Assembly: GCA_965237955.1 (NCBI GenBank)
Contig: OZ250169.1
Coordinates: 3,712,001-3,776,000 of the forward strand
Length of the DNA stretch: 64,000 nt
Reading direction: 5' to 3'
Source of the DNA: Candidatus Marinacidobacterales bacterium
GTDB taxonomy: Bacteria > Acidobacteriota > Vicinamibacteria > Marinacidobacterales > SMYC01
In this document: in pieces, positions 48,193 to 58,224 of the stretch
Layout of the letters: every line of letters starts with the position of its first letter
Numbering within the stretch: position 1 is the stretch's first letter
Program-made: the position numbers and the translations under genes
The notes under the pieces: model-generated
The model's database searches: none
What the model saw: only the letters and a program-made list of their open reading frames with translations
Told to the model about the DNA's origin: nothing

Positions 48193-49576
48193 GGGTCTAC
48201 GCGGAAATCTGTGGGCGAATGCTGACGGAGAAATAGTGTAACTCATTGTGTGGAAAAGGTATTCAGCACTTCATCAGGTGCTGAGAAGTGATCCGTTTTT
48301 CGGATAGGCTAACCGAGTGAAAAATCCCCAGTCGATCCGCTCGCTTTTTGCGCTACCAGGTTTCGTGGCTGGCGCCCGATTGAACGGTGTATTCGGTGAC
48401 CGATACGCCCGCGTCATCCAGCTCAAGAGGCGAAAAAAACAGCCGTGTGCTCGTACTGTGGGCATCGGTGCCGGGGGCGCTATGACAAGCAAGTGTGCCG
48501 GGTCCGCGACCTGTCGTTGGCAGGCTGGCGGATCTATCTGGAATACGAGCGTTGGCGCGTCAACTGTCGTGGGTGCGGTGGTGTGCATGTAGAACACTTG
48601 GACTGGCTGGCGAACAACCCGCGCTACACCCAGCGCTTTGCGACGCATGTGGGCAAGCTGTGCCGGGATATGCCGAACAAGGCGGTGGCCGAGATGGAAC
48701 GTCTGCACCACACTACGGTGAAGGACCTGGATAAGCTCTACATGCAAGAGCAAGTCGAGCGGGCGGGGCTGCCGGCGCCTCGGGCCATCGGTATTGATGA
48801 GATCTCCATCCGCAAGGGACATAACTATCGTGTCATTGTCAGCGACCTGGAGCGGGCGCGTCCCATCTGGGTGGGCGGTGAGGGTCGCAAAGAAACCGAC
48901 ATCGATTTGTTCTTCAAGGCGCTGGGCGGGAAGAAAAGCGCCCGTATCAAGCTGGCCGCCATGGATATGTGGAAGCCCTTCCGGAACTCGGTGATTAACA
49001 ACGCACCCAATGCGCGGATCATCTTCGACAAGTTTCATATCATGCGTCACCTGTCAAAGGCTCTCGATGAGGTCCGGCGCCGTGAGTACAAACGCCTCAG
49101 CGGCGAGGACCGGTCGTATATCAAGGGGCAGCGTTACACGTTGCTTTCCCGGCGGGAGAACCTGAGCCTGGACGGTCGCCGCGCACTCAAGAAGTTGCTC
49201 CAGGCCAACCGGCGCCTGAACACCGCCTATGTTTTGAAGGAGGCCTTCGGGCAACTCTGGGATTACCGCACCGAACGCGGGGCTCGCGCCTTTTTCACAC
49301 GTTGGAAAGACAGCCTCAAATGGCAGCGCCTGCATCCCTACCAGAAGTTCGCCGGAATGATTGAGTCCCATTGGGATGGTATCGCCTCCTACTGTCATCC
49401 TGAGAACAAAGTCAGTCTCGGACTGGTTGAAGGGGTCAACAACAAAATCCGTGTTCTGCAACGACGCGCCTACGGCTATCGTGACGAGGGATATCTCAAG
49501 CTGAAGATCGTGGCGGCATTCCTTCCGCCATTACCCAGAAATGCCGTTTTCAACCCACACGAACCCGCGTAGACCC
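48193..49576 (+). mobile_element. ISL3-family element (inner, nested)
   Basis: IR GGGTCTACGCGG...TGTGGG; perfect 8-bp target duplication AATTAATC. Confidence 0.93.
48317..49572 (+). CDS. ISL3 transposase probably expressed by -1 frameshift
   Basis: ORF 48317 joins the 48445 frame at the A7 run 48433-48439; GIDE, DMW, DKFH and EG.NNK motifs. Confidence 0.82.
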
Positions 49577-49842
49577 AATTAATCTTTCTTGTATATATAT
49601 CAGGAGGGGCCTGTGGGCGCTCGTGGGAAACGCGAAGCGTTTTCCAAGCGATTGTGGAAAACGCCGCTCCACGTTTGTACGTGCTCACAACCTTTCCCTA
49701 AACGCCTCTCTCGCCCGGAGTTTCCGGCGTTTTCCACAATCGCGGCAGCGTCCATAGGCCATGCCCTCCAACACAAATCAGATCCCCCGAAACGACAGGA
49801 GAACCGTTTGTTTTTTAGGCGGGTTGCATAGGACTGCCATAA

Positions 49843-49999
49843 GATCCGCCATCCGCCATCGGCCGTCAGCCATCGGCCAGAGCGCCTCGCCTCCGAGGCA
49901 GACGTCCACGACTCGCAACGCCGTCGCTACTCTCGAGCAAACGCCTTCCGCATAGACGCCGATCTGCTAATGGCCGACGGCTGGTGGCTGATGCCGATC
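49843..49999. repeat. Inverted heptamer-repeat hairpin element
   Basis: About 4 GCCATCV-type units with complementary TGGCTGA/TGGCCGA units about 90 bp downstream. Confidence 0.6.
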
Positions 50000-50044
50000 C
50001 TTTGTCATAGAATCATCGGTCATGTTTGCTGCAGGAGGATTTCG

Positions 50045-51997
50045 ATGAGCCGCGGAAAAGCTGAAATTGACGCGCTATTGCAAGAAGGACGGGAGTTCGT
50101 GCCGTCGGACGCGTTTCGCGACCAGGCTCATGTGCGGGACGAGTCGCTCTACGTCGAGGCGGACAAGGATTTCGAAAGCTTCTGGGCGAGGATGGCCGGC
50201 GAGCTCGAGTGGATCGAGCCGTGGCACGAAGTGCTTTCGTGGAACCCACCGCACGCCAAGTGGTTCGTCGGTGGAAAGCTGAACGTCAGCGTCAACTGTC
50301 TCGACCGCCACGTGAAAACGGCGCGGCGCAACAAAGCGGCTCTCATATGGGAAGGCGAGCCAGGCGATAGGCGCACACTCACCTATTGGGATCTCTATCG
50401 CGAGGTGAACCGGTTTGCGAACGTTCTCAAAAAGCTCGGAGTCGGCAAGGGAGATCGGGTTGCCATATACCTCCCGATGATCCCCGAGCTCCCGATCGCG
50501 ATGTTGGCGTGCACCCGCATCGGTGCGGTGCATAGCGTCGTCTTCGGAGGTTTCAGCGCCGACTCTCTACGAGATCGCATCAATGACGCCGAAGCCAAGC
50601 TCGTCATCACCGCCAACGGAGGCTATCGCCGAGGCAATATCGTTCCGCTCAAGAAGTTCGCCGACGAGGCGGTCGAGGGTGCCCCGAGCGTCGAGAACGT
50701 CGTGGTCGTCAAGCGCGACGATTTCAAGATCCACTTCGAGGAAGGTCGGGATCACTGGTGGCACGATCTCGTCGCCGACGCTGACGCTTTTTGCGAGCCC
50801 GAGCCGATGGACGCCGAAGATCTGCTCTACATTCTTTATACATCGGGCACGACCGGTAAGCCCAAGGGCGTCGTCCATACGACCGGGGGGTACCTCACCC
50901 AGGTAGCGGCGACGACGAAGTACGTGTTCGATCTCAAAGACGACGACGTGTGGTGGGCGGCCGCCGACATCGGCTGGGTGACCGGCCACAGCTACATCGT
51001 CTATGGGCCCTTGGCGCTAGGGGTCACTGGGGTCATGTACGAAGGCTCCCCCGACTGGCCGGACAAGGACCGATTCTGGGCAACGGTGGCGAAATACGGC
51101 GTCACCTGCTTCTACACCGCGCCGACCGCGATCCGCGCGTTCATGAAGTGGGGGACAGAGTGGCCGGCCAAACACGATCTCTCGTCGTTGCGACTTCTCG
51201 GTACGGTGGGCGAGCCCATCAATCCCGAAGCATGGATGTGGTACTACGAGTTCATCGGGGGCAAGCGGTGCCCGGTCGTCGACACCTGGTGGCAAACCGA
51301 GACGGGTGCCATCATGTGCACCCCGCTACCGGGAGTGACGAAGCTCAAGCCCGGCTCGGCGACGAGGCCGTTCCCGGGTATCCAGATGGACATCCTGACC
51401 GAGGCTGGAGACACCGTCGAAATAGGTGGCGGCTTGCTCGCGATCAAACGCCCGTGGCCGTCGATGCTCCGCGGAATCTACGGCGATCCCGAGCGCTACG
51501 TGAGCACTTATTGGAGCAAGTGGTCGAACGACGTCTACTTCGCCGGCGATGGTGCGAAGCGGGATGAGGATGGCTTCTTCTGGCTCCTCGGCCGGGTGGA
51601 CGACGTCTTGAACGTTTCCGGTCATCGCATTGGAACCATGGAAGTCGAGAGCGCGCTCGTCGACTACCCGGACGTGGCCGAGGCCGCGGTCGTGGGACGG
51701 GCGCACGACATCAAAGGGCAGGCGATTTCCGCGTTCGTGACGTTGAAAGAAGGCAAGCAAGCCACGCCGTCTCTGATCGACGATTTGAAACAGCACGTCG
51801 TCAAACGCATCGGAGCGATCGCACGGCCCGACGACATCATTCTCACCGCGGATTTACCCAAGACACGCTCGGGCAAGATCATGAGACGCCTGCTCCGAGA
51901 CATCGCCGAAGGCAAGACCCTCGGCGATACTACGACGCTTGCGGATCCGGCTGTTGTTGAAAGCTTGAAGGAGAAATACGCCGACGAGGCTGAATAG
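50045..51997 (+). CDS. acs: Acetyl-CoA synthetase
   Basis: [32 protein letters not shown] and [11 protein letters not shown] motifs; GGAGG RBS. Confidence 0.96.
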   Translation: MSRGKAEIDALLQEGREFVPSDAFRDQAHVRDESLYVEADKDFESFWARMAGELEWIEPWHEVLSWNPPHAKWFVGGKLNVSVNCLDRHVKTARRNKAALIWEGEPGDRRTLTYWDLYREVNRFANVLKKLGVGKGDRVAIYLPMIPELPIAMLACTRIGAVHSVVFGGFSADSLRDRINDAEAKLVITANGGYRRGNIVPLKKFADEAVEGAPSVENVVVVKRDDFKIHFEEGRDHWWHDLVADADAFCEPEPMDAEDLLYILYTSGTTGKPKGVVHTTGGYLTQVAATTKYVFDLKDDDVWWAAADIGWVTGHSYIVYGPLALGVTGVMYEGSPDWPDKDRFWATVAKYGVTCFYTAPTAIRAFMKWGTEWPAKHDLSSLRLLGTVGEPINPEAWMWYYEFIGGKRCPVVDTWWQTETGAIMCTPLPGVTKLKPGSATRPFPGIQMDILTEAGDTVEIGGGLLAIKRPWPSMLRGIYGDPERYVSTYWSKWSNDVYFAGDGAKRDEDGFFWLLGRVDDVLNVSGHRIGTMEVESALVDYPDVAEAAVVGRAHDIKGQAISAFVTLKEGKQATPSLIDDLKQHVVKRIGAIARPDDIILTADLPKTRSGKIMRRLLRDIAEGKTLGDTTTLADPAVVESLKEKYADEAE

Positions 51998-52001
51998 ATC
52001 T

Positions 52002-53471
52002 ATGAAAATCTCACTGTCTCACCAACCGTTCGAAAAGCTCAAGACCGACCTGGCCGTAGCTGTCGTCAATTTTGACGGGCCTAACGGAGACCTCATCGAC
52101 GTCGACGATTCCGTTCTCGGGAAAGCGCTCAAAGACGCGAAGAAAGCGTTTCAGCGAGAGCGCTACCATCGCGAGGTGCTACTGAACTTCGGCGACAAGG
52201 CTCCGGTGAAAGCACTTCTCGTGTTCTCGTCCGCGCTCGAAAAAAACTACGACTTGCGGGAGAGCGTCAAGATCTTCGCTGCGCGCTCACTCGGCTATGC
52301 GTCCGACTATGGTCACGCGCGGCTCGCGTTTCTACTCAACGGTCCATCCGGTGTCGGCCACGTCGGCTGCGCGACCGAAGGGTACGTCCTCGGAGACTAC
52401 CGATTCGACAAGTATCGGAAGGACAAGACCAAAAGGAGCATTTCGGTCAGCCTCGTCTGCCGAGCGACCGCTCGCAAGACCGCCGAGCGCGAGCTCATTC
52501 GGAACCGCATCGTGAGCGAGGAAGTGAACCGAGCGCGCGACCTCGTGAACGAGCCCGGCGACAAGGTCTATCCGAAAACGCTGGCGCAGCTCGCAAAGAA
52601 GATCGGGACGGCCAGCAAGCTCGGTGTCACTATCGTTTCCGGCGCGGCGCTCGAGCGGCAGGGCTACAGCGGTCTCGTGGCGGTGGGGAAGGGGAGTGCC
52701 TACCCGCCCTGTCTCATCGTGTTGCGCTATCGCCCGGCAAAGAAATCGAAACGCCACCTTGCGCTCGTGGGCAAAGGGATCACGTTCGACACCGGCGGTA
52801 TTTCCATCAAGCCGTCCGAGGGCATGTGGTTGATGAAGGGGGACATGGCCGGTGGCGCGGCGGTGTTGGGAGCGATGGCGGCGATTGCCAAGCTGAAGCC
52901 GAAGGTCGCGGTCACCGGGATCGTCGCGGCAGCCGAGAACTTCCCGGGGCCCGAAGCCCAACGACCCGGCGACATTTTCATCGCCAAAAACGGCAAGTCG
53001 GTGATGGTGGACAACACCGACGCCGAAGGCCGCCTCGTACTCACCGATGCCCTCGCGCGCGCGGGAGAAGAAAAAGCGACGCACATCGTCGACGCCGCGA
53101 CGTTGACGGGTGCGATCGTGCGGACGCTCGGCACTGCGGTTGCGGGCATCATGGGCAACGACGCCAAACTCGTTCGTGCGGTCATCGATTCCGGGGCTCG
53201 TCACGGTGAAGCCTACTGGGAGCTACCGTTGATCGAGGAGTATCGCGAGATGCTGAAGACGCCCTACGCCGATCTGAACAACATCGGCGGAAAGTTCGCG
53301 GGTGCTATCACCGCTGGTCTGTTTCTCCAGGAGTTCGTCCCCGAAGGAGCGAAGTGGGTGCACCTCGACATCGCCGGACCGTTCATCCTCGAAAAGAAGT
53401 GGAAGTACTTTCCCGAAGGCGCCACCGGTTTCGGTGTGAAGACTTTCGTGGAGCTTGCGGAGTCGTTCTAA
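52002..53471 (+). CDS. pepA: Leucyl aminopeptidase (M17)
   Basis: GKGITFDTGG, MKGDM, NTDAEGRL and HLDIAG motifs. Confidence 0.93.
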   Translation: MKISLSHQPFEKLKTDLAVAVVNFDGPNGDLIDVDDSVLGKALKDAKKAFQRERYHREVLLNFGDKAPVKALLVFSSALEKNYDLRESVKIFAARSLGYASDYGHARLAFLLNGPSGVGHVGCATEGYVLGDYRFDKYRKDKTKRSISVSLVCRATARKTAERELIRNRIVSEEVNRARDLVNEPGDKVYPKTLAQLAKKIGTASKLGVTIVSGAALERQGYSGLVAVGKGSAYPPCLIVLRYRPAKKSKRHLALVGKGITFDTGGISIKPSEGMWLMKGDMAGGAAVLGAMAAIAKLKPKVAVTGIVAAAENFPGPEAQRPGDIFIAKNGKSVMVDNTDAEGRLVLTDALARAGEEKATHIVDAATLTGAIVRTLGTAVAGIMGNDAKLVRAVIDSGARHGEAYWELPLIEEYREMLKTPYADLNNIGGKFAGAITAGLFLQEFVPEGAKWVHLDIAGPFILEKKWKYFPEGATGFGVKTFVELAESF

Positions 53472-53480
53472 GCGGTGTGG

Positions 53481-53549
53481 GCATCCAGCATCCAGCATCC
53501 AGCATTCAGCTGGGGCGTGGAGTGAACTGGATGCTGAATGCTGAATGCT
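53481..53549. repeat. Heptamer inverted repeat between convergent genes (possible bidirectional terminator)
   Basis: (GCATCCA)3GCATTCA ... TGGATGCTGAATGCTGAATGC. Confidence 0.75.
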
Positions 53550-53552
53550 CCA

Positions 53553-54635
53553 CTACTGAGGAATAAATTCTCCCCGCTCATCCAGCGCCATTAGTAATTG
53601 CACTACCGTGCCGTAGCTTTGGGCGCCGCCTTCGACCTGCATCGCTCGCAGGTATCGGTCGTTTGCGCGGCTCGCCGCCTTGCTCACGGGGCCTTGGTAG
53701 CGGCGCCAGAACTCACGAATCGCGCGGACATCTTCACTCGGTCCTTCGTCGAGTCGAGACCAAGCTTGATCCACGTCGCTCGGCGGTAGATAGAACGACG
53801 CTTCGGTCAACAGGTAGCGAGTCGCGAAGAGGTACGCCGCGTAGCGAAAGTAGGTGGGGCTCGATTCGTCTGCGCACGCGAGGAACGCGGCGAAGTTCGC
53901 TTCACCTTCGTGGGTCACGCCGCGTTGATGTGCTTTTTCGTGGGCGACGACGACCGGGAGCAGAACGTCGGGCTGGAGCACGTTGACCGATGGCTCGCCG
54001 GTGAAGGGAATGAAGATCCCGCTGATGCCCAGATACGAGAACAATGTCGAGCTCGCGAGCGGTTTTGCCGGTGTCGGGTCGAACTCGATGCCGTCGCCCG
54101 GTAAGCTCAAGCGCTCGAACGCTTCGTCGAGGTTTCGGTTCAACTCGTCGAACGTAAACGGGAGGACCGTCGGTGTTTGCTCGTTGTCGAGCGCGTCGAA
54201 GAGAGACGATGCGGTCTCGGCGGCGCGCTCGCCGGCCGACAACACCGCTTGGGCGTCGACGGAACCGGCCGACAACCCCGTGCGGTCGGCGAGCGAGGGG
54301 CGTGCGTAGTTGAAGCCCCACAAAACGAGAAACATGGCAGCGAAGACACCGGCGGCGCACCAGCTCCATAGGAACGTCCCACGCCATCGGCGCTCGCCGC
54401 GCCGGAGTCGCCGATACAAACTCCAAAGAAGAAAAACGACGAGTAATCCAGCGATGGGCTCGGCGAGCGAGAACGGAACCCGATTCACGAACGCGAACGC
54501 TCGGGCAACGAGCGGATAGATGGACCGCGAATAGAGCGCATCGGTCCTGGCGGGGAAGCGAAGCGCGAGTGAGAAACTAACGACGGCGATCGGAAGCAGT
54601 GCGAGCAACACAGTCTTGGTGCGCGATCGGGTCAT
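53553..54635 (-). CDS. DUF3810-like membrane protein with HExxH motif
   Basis: WGFNY.R, GISG...PFTGE and HEKAHQRG...E.EANF motifs. Confidence 0.8.
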   Translation of the reverse strand: MTRSRTKTVLLALLPIAVVSFSLALRFPARTDALYSRSIYPLVARAFAFVNRVPFSLAEPIAGLLVVFLLWSLYRRLRRGERRWRGTFLWSWCAAGVFAAMFLVLWGFNYARPSLADRTGLSAGSVDAQAVLSAGERAAETASSLFDALDNEQTPTVLPFTFDELNRNLDEAFERLSLPGDGIEFDPTPAKPLASSTLFSYLGISGIFIPFTGEPSVNVLQPDVLLPVVVAHEKAHQRGVTHEGEANFAAFLACADESSPTYFRYAAYLFATRYLLTEASFYLPPSDVDQAWSRLDEGPSEDVRAIREFWRRYQGPVSKAASRANDRYLRAMQVEGGAQSYGTVVQLLMALDERGEFIPQ

Positions 54636-54695
54636 GGCGAAGATTTCAGTTTAGTCGAATTGATCTCGTGATGCCTGACGATCCATAAATCATCT

Positions 54696-55382
54696 GTGAT
54701 CGACGTTGCGGTCGTTGGCGGTGGCATTGTCGGTCTCGCGACCGCACGGGAGATTCTTTCGCGGGATCCGCGCCGAAGTGTTCTCGTGCTCGAAAAAGAG
54801 CGTGAGCTCGCCTCGCATCAAACCGGCCACAACAGCGGCGTCATCCACTCGGGCATCTACTACCGACCGGGATCGTTGAAGGCTCGCAATTGCCGTCGGG
54901 GAGTTCTTAAGCTCGTCGCGTTTTGTGGAGAGCACGGCGTTCCCTATGAGCTTTGCGGGAAGGTGGTGGTGGCGAGCTCGGAGGAGGAGCGCCCGCGGCT
55001 ACATGCGCTTTACGCGCGAGGCCGCGAGAACGGGGTCGGTGGGTTGCGGCTCATTACCCGAGACGAGCTGAAGGAGGTCGAGCCGCACGCCGAGGGTGTC
55101 GAGGCACTCGTTTCGGCGGAAACCGGAATCGTCAGCTTTCGCGCCGTCGCCGAGAAGATCGGCGAGGTTTTCCGGAACGAGGGTGGTCGAATCGAGACCG
55201 GAGCCAAGGTGCTATCGCTCGAATCCTCCACCCTCGTCACCAGCGCGGGTGATTTCGAGGCGAAGCGTGTCGTGTGCTGCGCCGGTCTCCATGCCGATCG
55301 GGTGGCGACGCTTTTGGGCGCGAAGCCCTCGATTCTGGTGCTCGGTTTCCGCGGCGAGTACTATCGATTGAGGCCGGAAAGC
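54696..55382 (+). pseudogene. lhgO: L-2-hydroxyglutarate oxidase truncated by IS5
   Basis: GGGIVG, HQTGHNSGVIHSGIYY.PGSLKA and FRGEYY motifs, then the IS IR; C-terminal part absent from window. Confidence 0.85.
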
Positions 55383-56597
55383 TGCCTTGGTGCACAACTC
55401 GCGATCTCGGTCCACAATTGTCCTTTACTCACGGATTCGAGGTTCCCCATGAGCATTTCCAAACGCACTCAGCGGAAGTATGTGAAGAAGGCCTATCGCG
55501 TGAGGAATTGGCGTGAATATGAGGCGGGTCTACGCAACCGTGGGAGCCTGACCGTCTGGATCTCGCTCACCGCCGGCAAGCTTGTGAACTGGGACGCGCC
55601 CCGGCCGAGGAGGAGGAAACCGGGCCGTCAACGCAAGTACTCGAACCACGCCATCGAGACGGCTGTCACCCTGGGCATGGTGTTTCATCTGTCATCTAGG
55701 CAGAGCGAGGGATTGCTGCGATCGTTGTTCGCTCTGATGAAGCTAGTCCCCTGTATCAGAACAAACTAGATAAAGCAGAGCTTGCCGAAACCCTTCTAAG
55801 TGCATGAATCTTATGAATCTTATGGGCTGGCGAAAAGCCTAACTTTGTTAGTGATCAAAGATCCAGGGGACTAGACAATGATGTGCCCGATCACACCACG
55901 ATCTCGAGGCGCAAGGCGAAGCTGGGTAAGGTCCCCTTCTACCAAGTCAAGCAGAAGACGCCGTTGCACATCTTGATCGACAGCAGCGGTCTCGCTGTCC
56001 ACGCCGGCCAGCTGCGCAGAGCACCAAAGAGCAGGGACTATCGCAAGCTCCATCTGTGTGTCGACGAGCAGAGTGGCGAAGTCGTCGCCGGCGAGCTGAC
56101 GAGCAAAAGAGCCCGCGATTCATCGCGGGTTGCATCGCTTGTCGGACAGATCGACAGTCCCATCTCATCGGCCAGAGCTGACACCGCATACGACGCCGGC
56201 GGCGTCTATGAGGCAATCGAGAATCACAGCGCTCATTGCTCGCCGAGGGTGCTGATACCGCCGCGCAAGGGCGCCCAGCTCGCATCGGGGCCGGCGAGCA
56301 GCCGACAGCGCAATCGCAACATTGCAGCACAAGCTCGGCTCGGCAAACGAAAGTGGCACACAGAATCGGGCTACAGCAAACGGAGCAAAGTCGAGACAAC
56401 GTTCCATCGCTACAAGGCTATCGTGGGCTCAGCGATGCGAGCGAGAGGGTTGGCGGCACAGAGAGTCGAGGCAAGGATCGGGTGCAAGATTCTCAACACG
56501 ATGACGGCGCTCGGGATGCCTGATAGCGAGATGATCGGATGATGGGAGTCGGGGCCAAGCGAGCTATCGGCCTCTATCGGAGTTGTGCACCAAGGCA
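55383..56597 (+). mobile_element. IS5-family element, copy 2, transposase disrupted by a MITE
   Basis: Near-identical to 41499-42585 plus a 128-bp insert at a CTAG site. Confidence 0.92.
55743..55874. mobile_element. MITE (IS630-related), copy 1
   Basis: CTAGTCCCCTG...CAGGGGACTAG ends; empty site is visible in IS5 copy 1 (AAGCTAGACAAT). Confidence 0.93.
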
Positions 56598-56823
56598 TCC
56601 ATACGCCACTAATTCGCTATAAATCGGGGGCGTAACCGGACGAGTATCATCAGAAAGCGCTCGTCGTCGGGAGACACGTCGCAGGTACGAGCGAAGAGGT
56701 ATCAGTGCCGTAGCTCAAAGTCGAGCCGGAGGGCGGGGTCTCCGAACAGGTGGTAAATGCTGAGTAGCTCTGGAAAGGCGCCGGTGTCGGCGTAGCGCTT
56801 TTGAGCCTCGAGGACGGCGTCGC

Positions 56824-56956
56824 CTAGTCCCCTCTATCAGAACAAACTAGATAAAGCAGAGCTTGCCGAAACCATTCTAAGTGCATGAATCTTATGAATC
56901 TTATGGGCTGGCGAAAAGCCTAACTTTGTATAGTAATCAAAGATCCAGGGGACTAG
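56824..56956. mobile_element. MITE (IS630-related), copy 2
   Basis: Near-identical to copy 1; inserted at CTAG in the C25 gene tail. Confidence 0.92.
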
Positions 56957-57035
56957 CCGAGAGTGTTCGCCGCTCAAAAGCTCTTGGAGAAGTGCCTTGT
57001 GGTAGCGATGTGCGGGCGCGTTCAAGCTCAGCCCG

Positions 57036-58224
57036 CTAGTCCCCTGGATCTTTAATTACTGTCCAAATTCGATTTGCCATGTGTATCGAGCGTTCGCTGG
57101 GCGAACCGAGCGATGGTTTCGAGGATTTGGTCGGCGGATTTCGTCCACTTGAACGGCTTTGGGTTCTCGTTGTGAGCATCGAGATAGTCTTGTATCGCAA
57201 CGCGGAGCTGAGGCACGCTCGTGTGCGAGCCTCGTCGCAAGGCGTGTTCGGTGAGCAAGCCAAAGAAGCGCTCAGCGAAGTTGAGCCAAGAGGCGTGTGT
57301 CGGTGTGAAGTGAAAGTGGAACCGAGGTCGCTTGGAAAGCCAGCGTTTGATCGCCGGTGTCTTGTGCGTGGCGAGATTGTCGAGCACGACGTGGATGTCC
57401 AACTCGCTGGGAACGGCTGCTTCGATCTCAGCGAGGAACTTCTTGAACTCTAGCGCTCGATGTCGCGCGTAGCACTTTCCGAAGACTTCACCTGTTGCGG
57501 CGTCGAGTGCGGCAAACAGGTCAGTCGTTCCATGCCGAATGTAGTCGTGGGTTTGTCGCTCGGGCTGGCCCAAGCTCATGGGCAGGACAGGTTGAGCACG
57601 CTCGAGCGCTTGAATCTGCGATTTCTCGTCGACGCACAGGACGACCGCGTTATCCGGTGGGTTCATATACAGGCCAACAACGTCGCGTACTTTTTCGACC
57701 AGTTGTGGGTCTTGCGAGAGACGAAACGATTCCGAGCGGTGCGGTTGAAGCCCGAACGTTCGCCAAATACGTCCAATCGTCGAATGACTCAGCCCAAGAT
57801 GCTTGGCCATCGAGCGCGTACTCCAATGGGTTCTCCCCTTTGGAGTCGTCTCCAGCGTCTTGGTCACGACTTCCTCGATCTGGTCATCGCCGATTTTGCG
57901 AGCCGCTCCCGGCCGAGGTTCGTCGTACAACCCTTCCATTCGTTGTTCTACAAAGCGTCTTCGCCACTTGCCCACCGTGCTCCTCATGGTGTGCATCTTC
58001 CTAGCAACTTCCATATTCGTCAGACCCGCCGCGCAATCCAGCACGATCTTCGCTCGGAAGGCTTGGTGCGGCGAACTACGGCTGCGTCGCGCCAGTCGCG
58101 TCAGCGCTTCGCTTTCTTGAGACGACAGCTTCAATTCGGCTTTTCGCCGGCCCTTGTGTTTCATGCATTTAGCAGATCACAGAAGGGCCGGTGTTGTCTA
58201 GCTTTTTCTGTTCCATGGGACTAG
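57036..58224 (-). mobile_element. IS630-family element
   Basis: CTAGTCCC ends at a CTAG (TA) target. Confidence 0.92.
57052..58164 (-). CDS. IS630 transposase
   Basis: [26 protein letters not shown] and SWLN..E motifs. Confidence 0.94.
   Translation of the reverse strand: MKHKGRRKAELKLSSQESEALTRLARRSRSSPHQAFRAKIVLDCAAGLTNMEVARKMHTMRSTVGKWRRRFVEQRMEGLYDEPRPGAARKIGDDQIEEVVTKTLETTPKGRTHWSTRSMAKHLGLSHSTIGRIWRTFGLQPHRSESFRLSQDPQLVEKVRDVVGLYMNPPDNAVVLCVDEKSQIQALERAQPVLPMSLGQPERQTHDYIRHGTTDLFAALDAATGEVFGKCYARHRALEFKKFLAEIEAAVPSELDIHVVLDNLATHKTPAIKRWLSKRPRFHFHFTPTHASWLNFAERFFGLLTEHALRRGSHTSVPQLRVAIQDYLDAHNENPKPFKWTKSADQILETIARFAQRTLDTHGKSNLDSN

Larger units (their letters stand above)
46695..49805 (-). 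mobile_element. ISL3-family element (outer) containing a nested ISL3
   Basis: IRs GCCTCTCCTGCCATTTCAGTGGATC / GATCCCCCGAAACGACAGGAGAACC; flanks TTTTGTTT / GTTTGTTT. Confidence 0.85.

Noticed and set aside
41499-56597. Intact composite transposon
   Set aside because: The outer flanks show no target duplication and the inner genes are truncated, which fits rearrangement better
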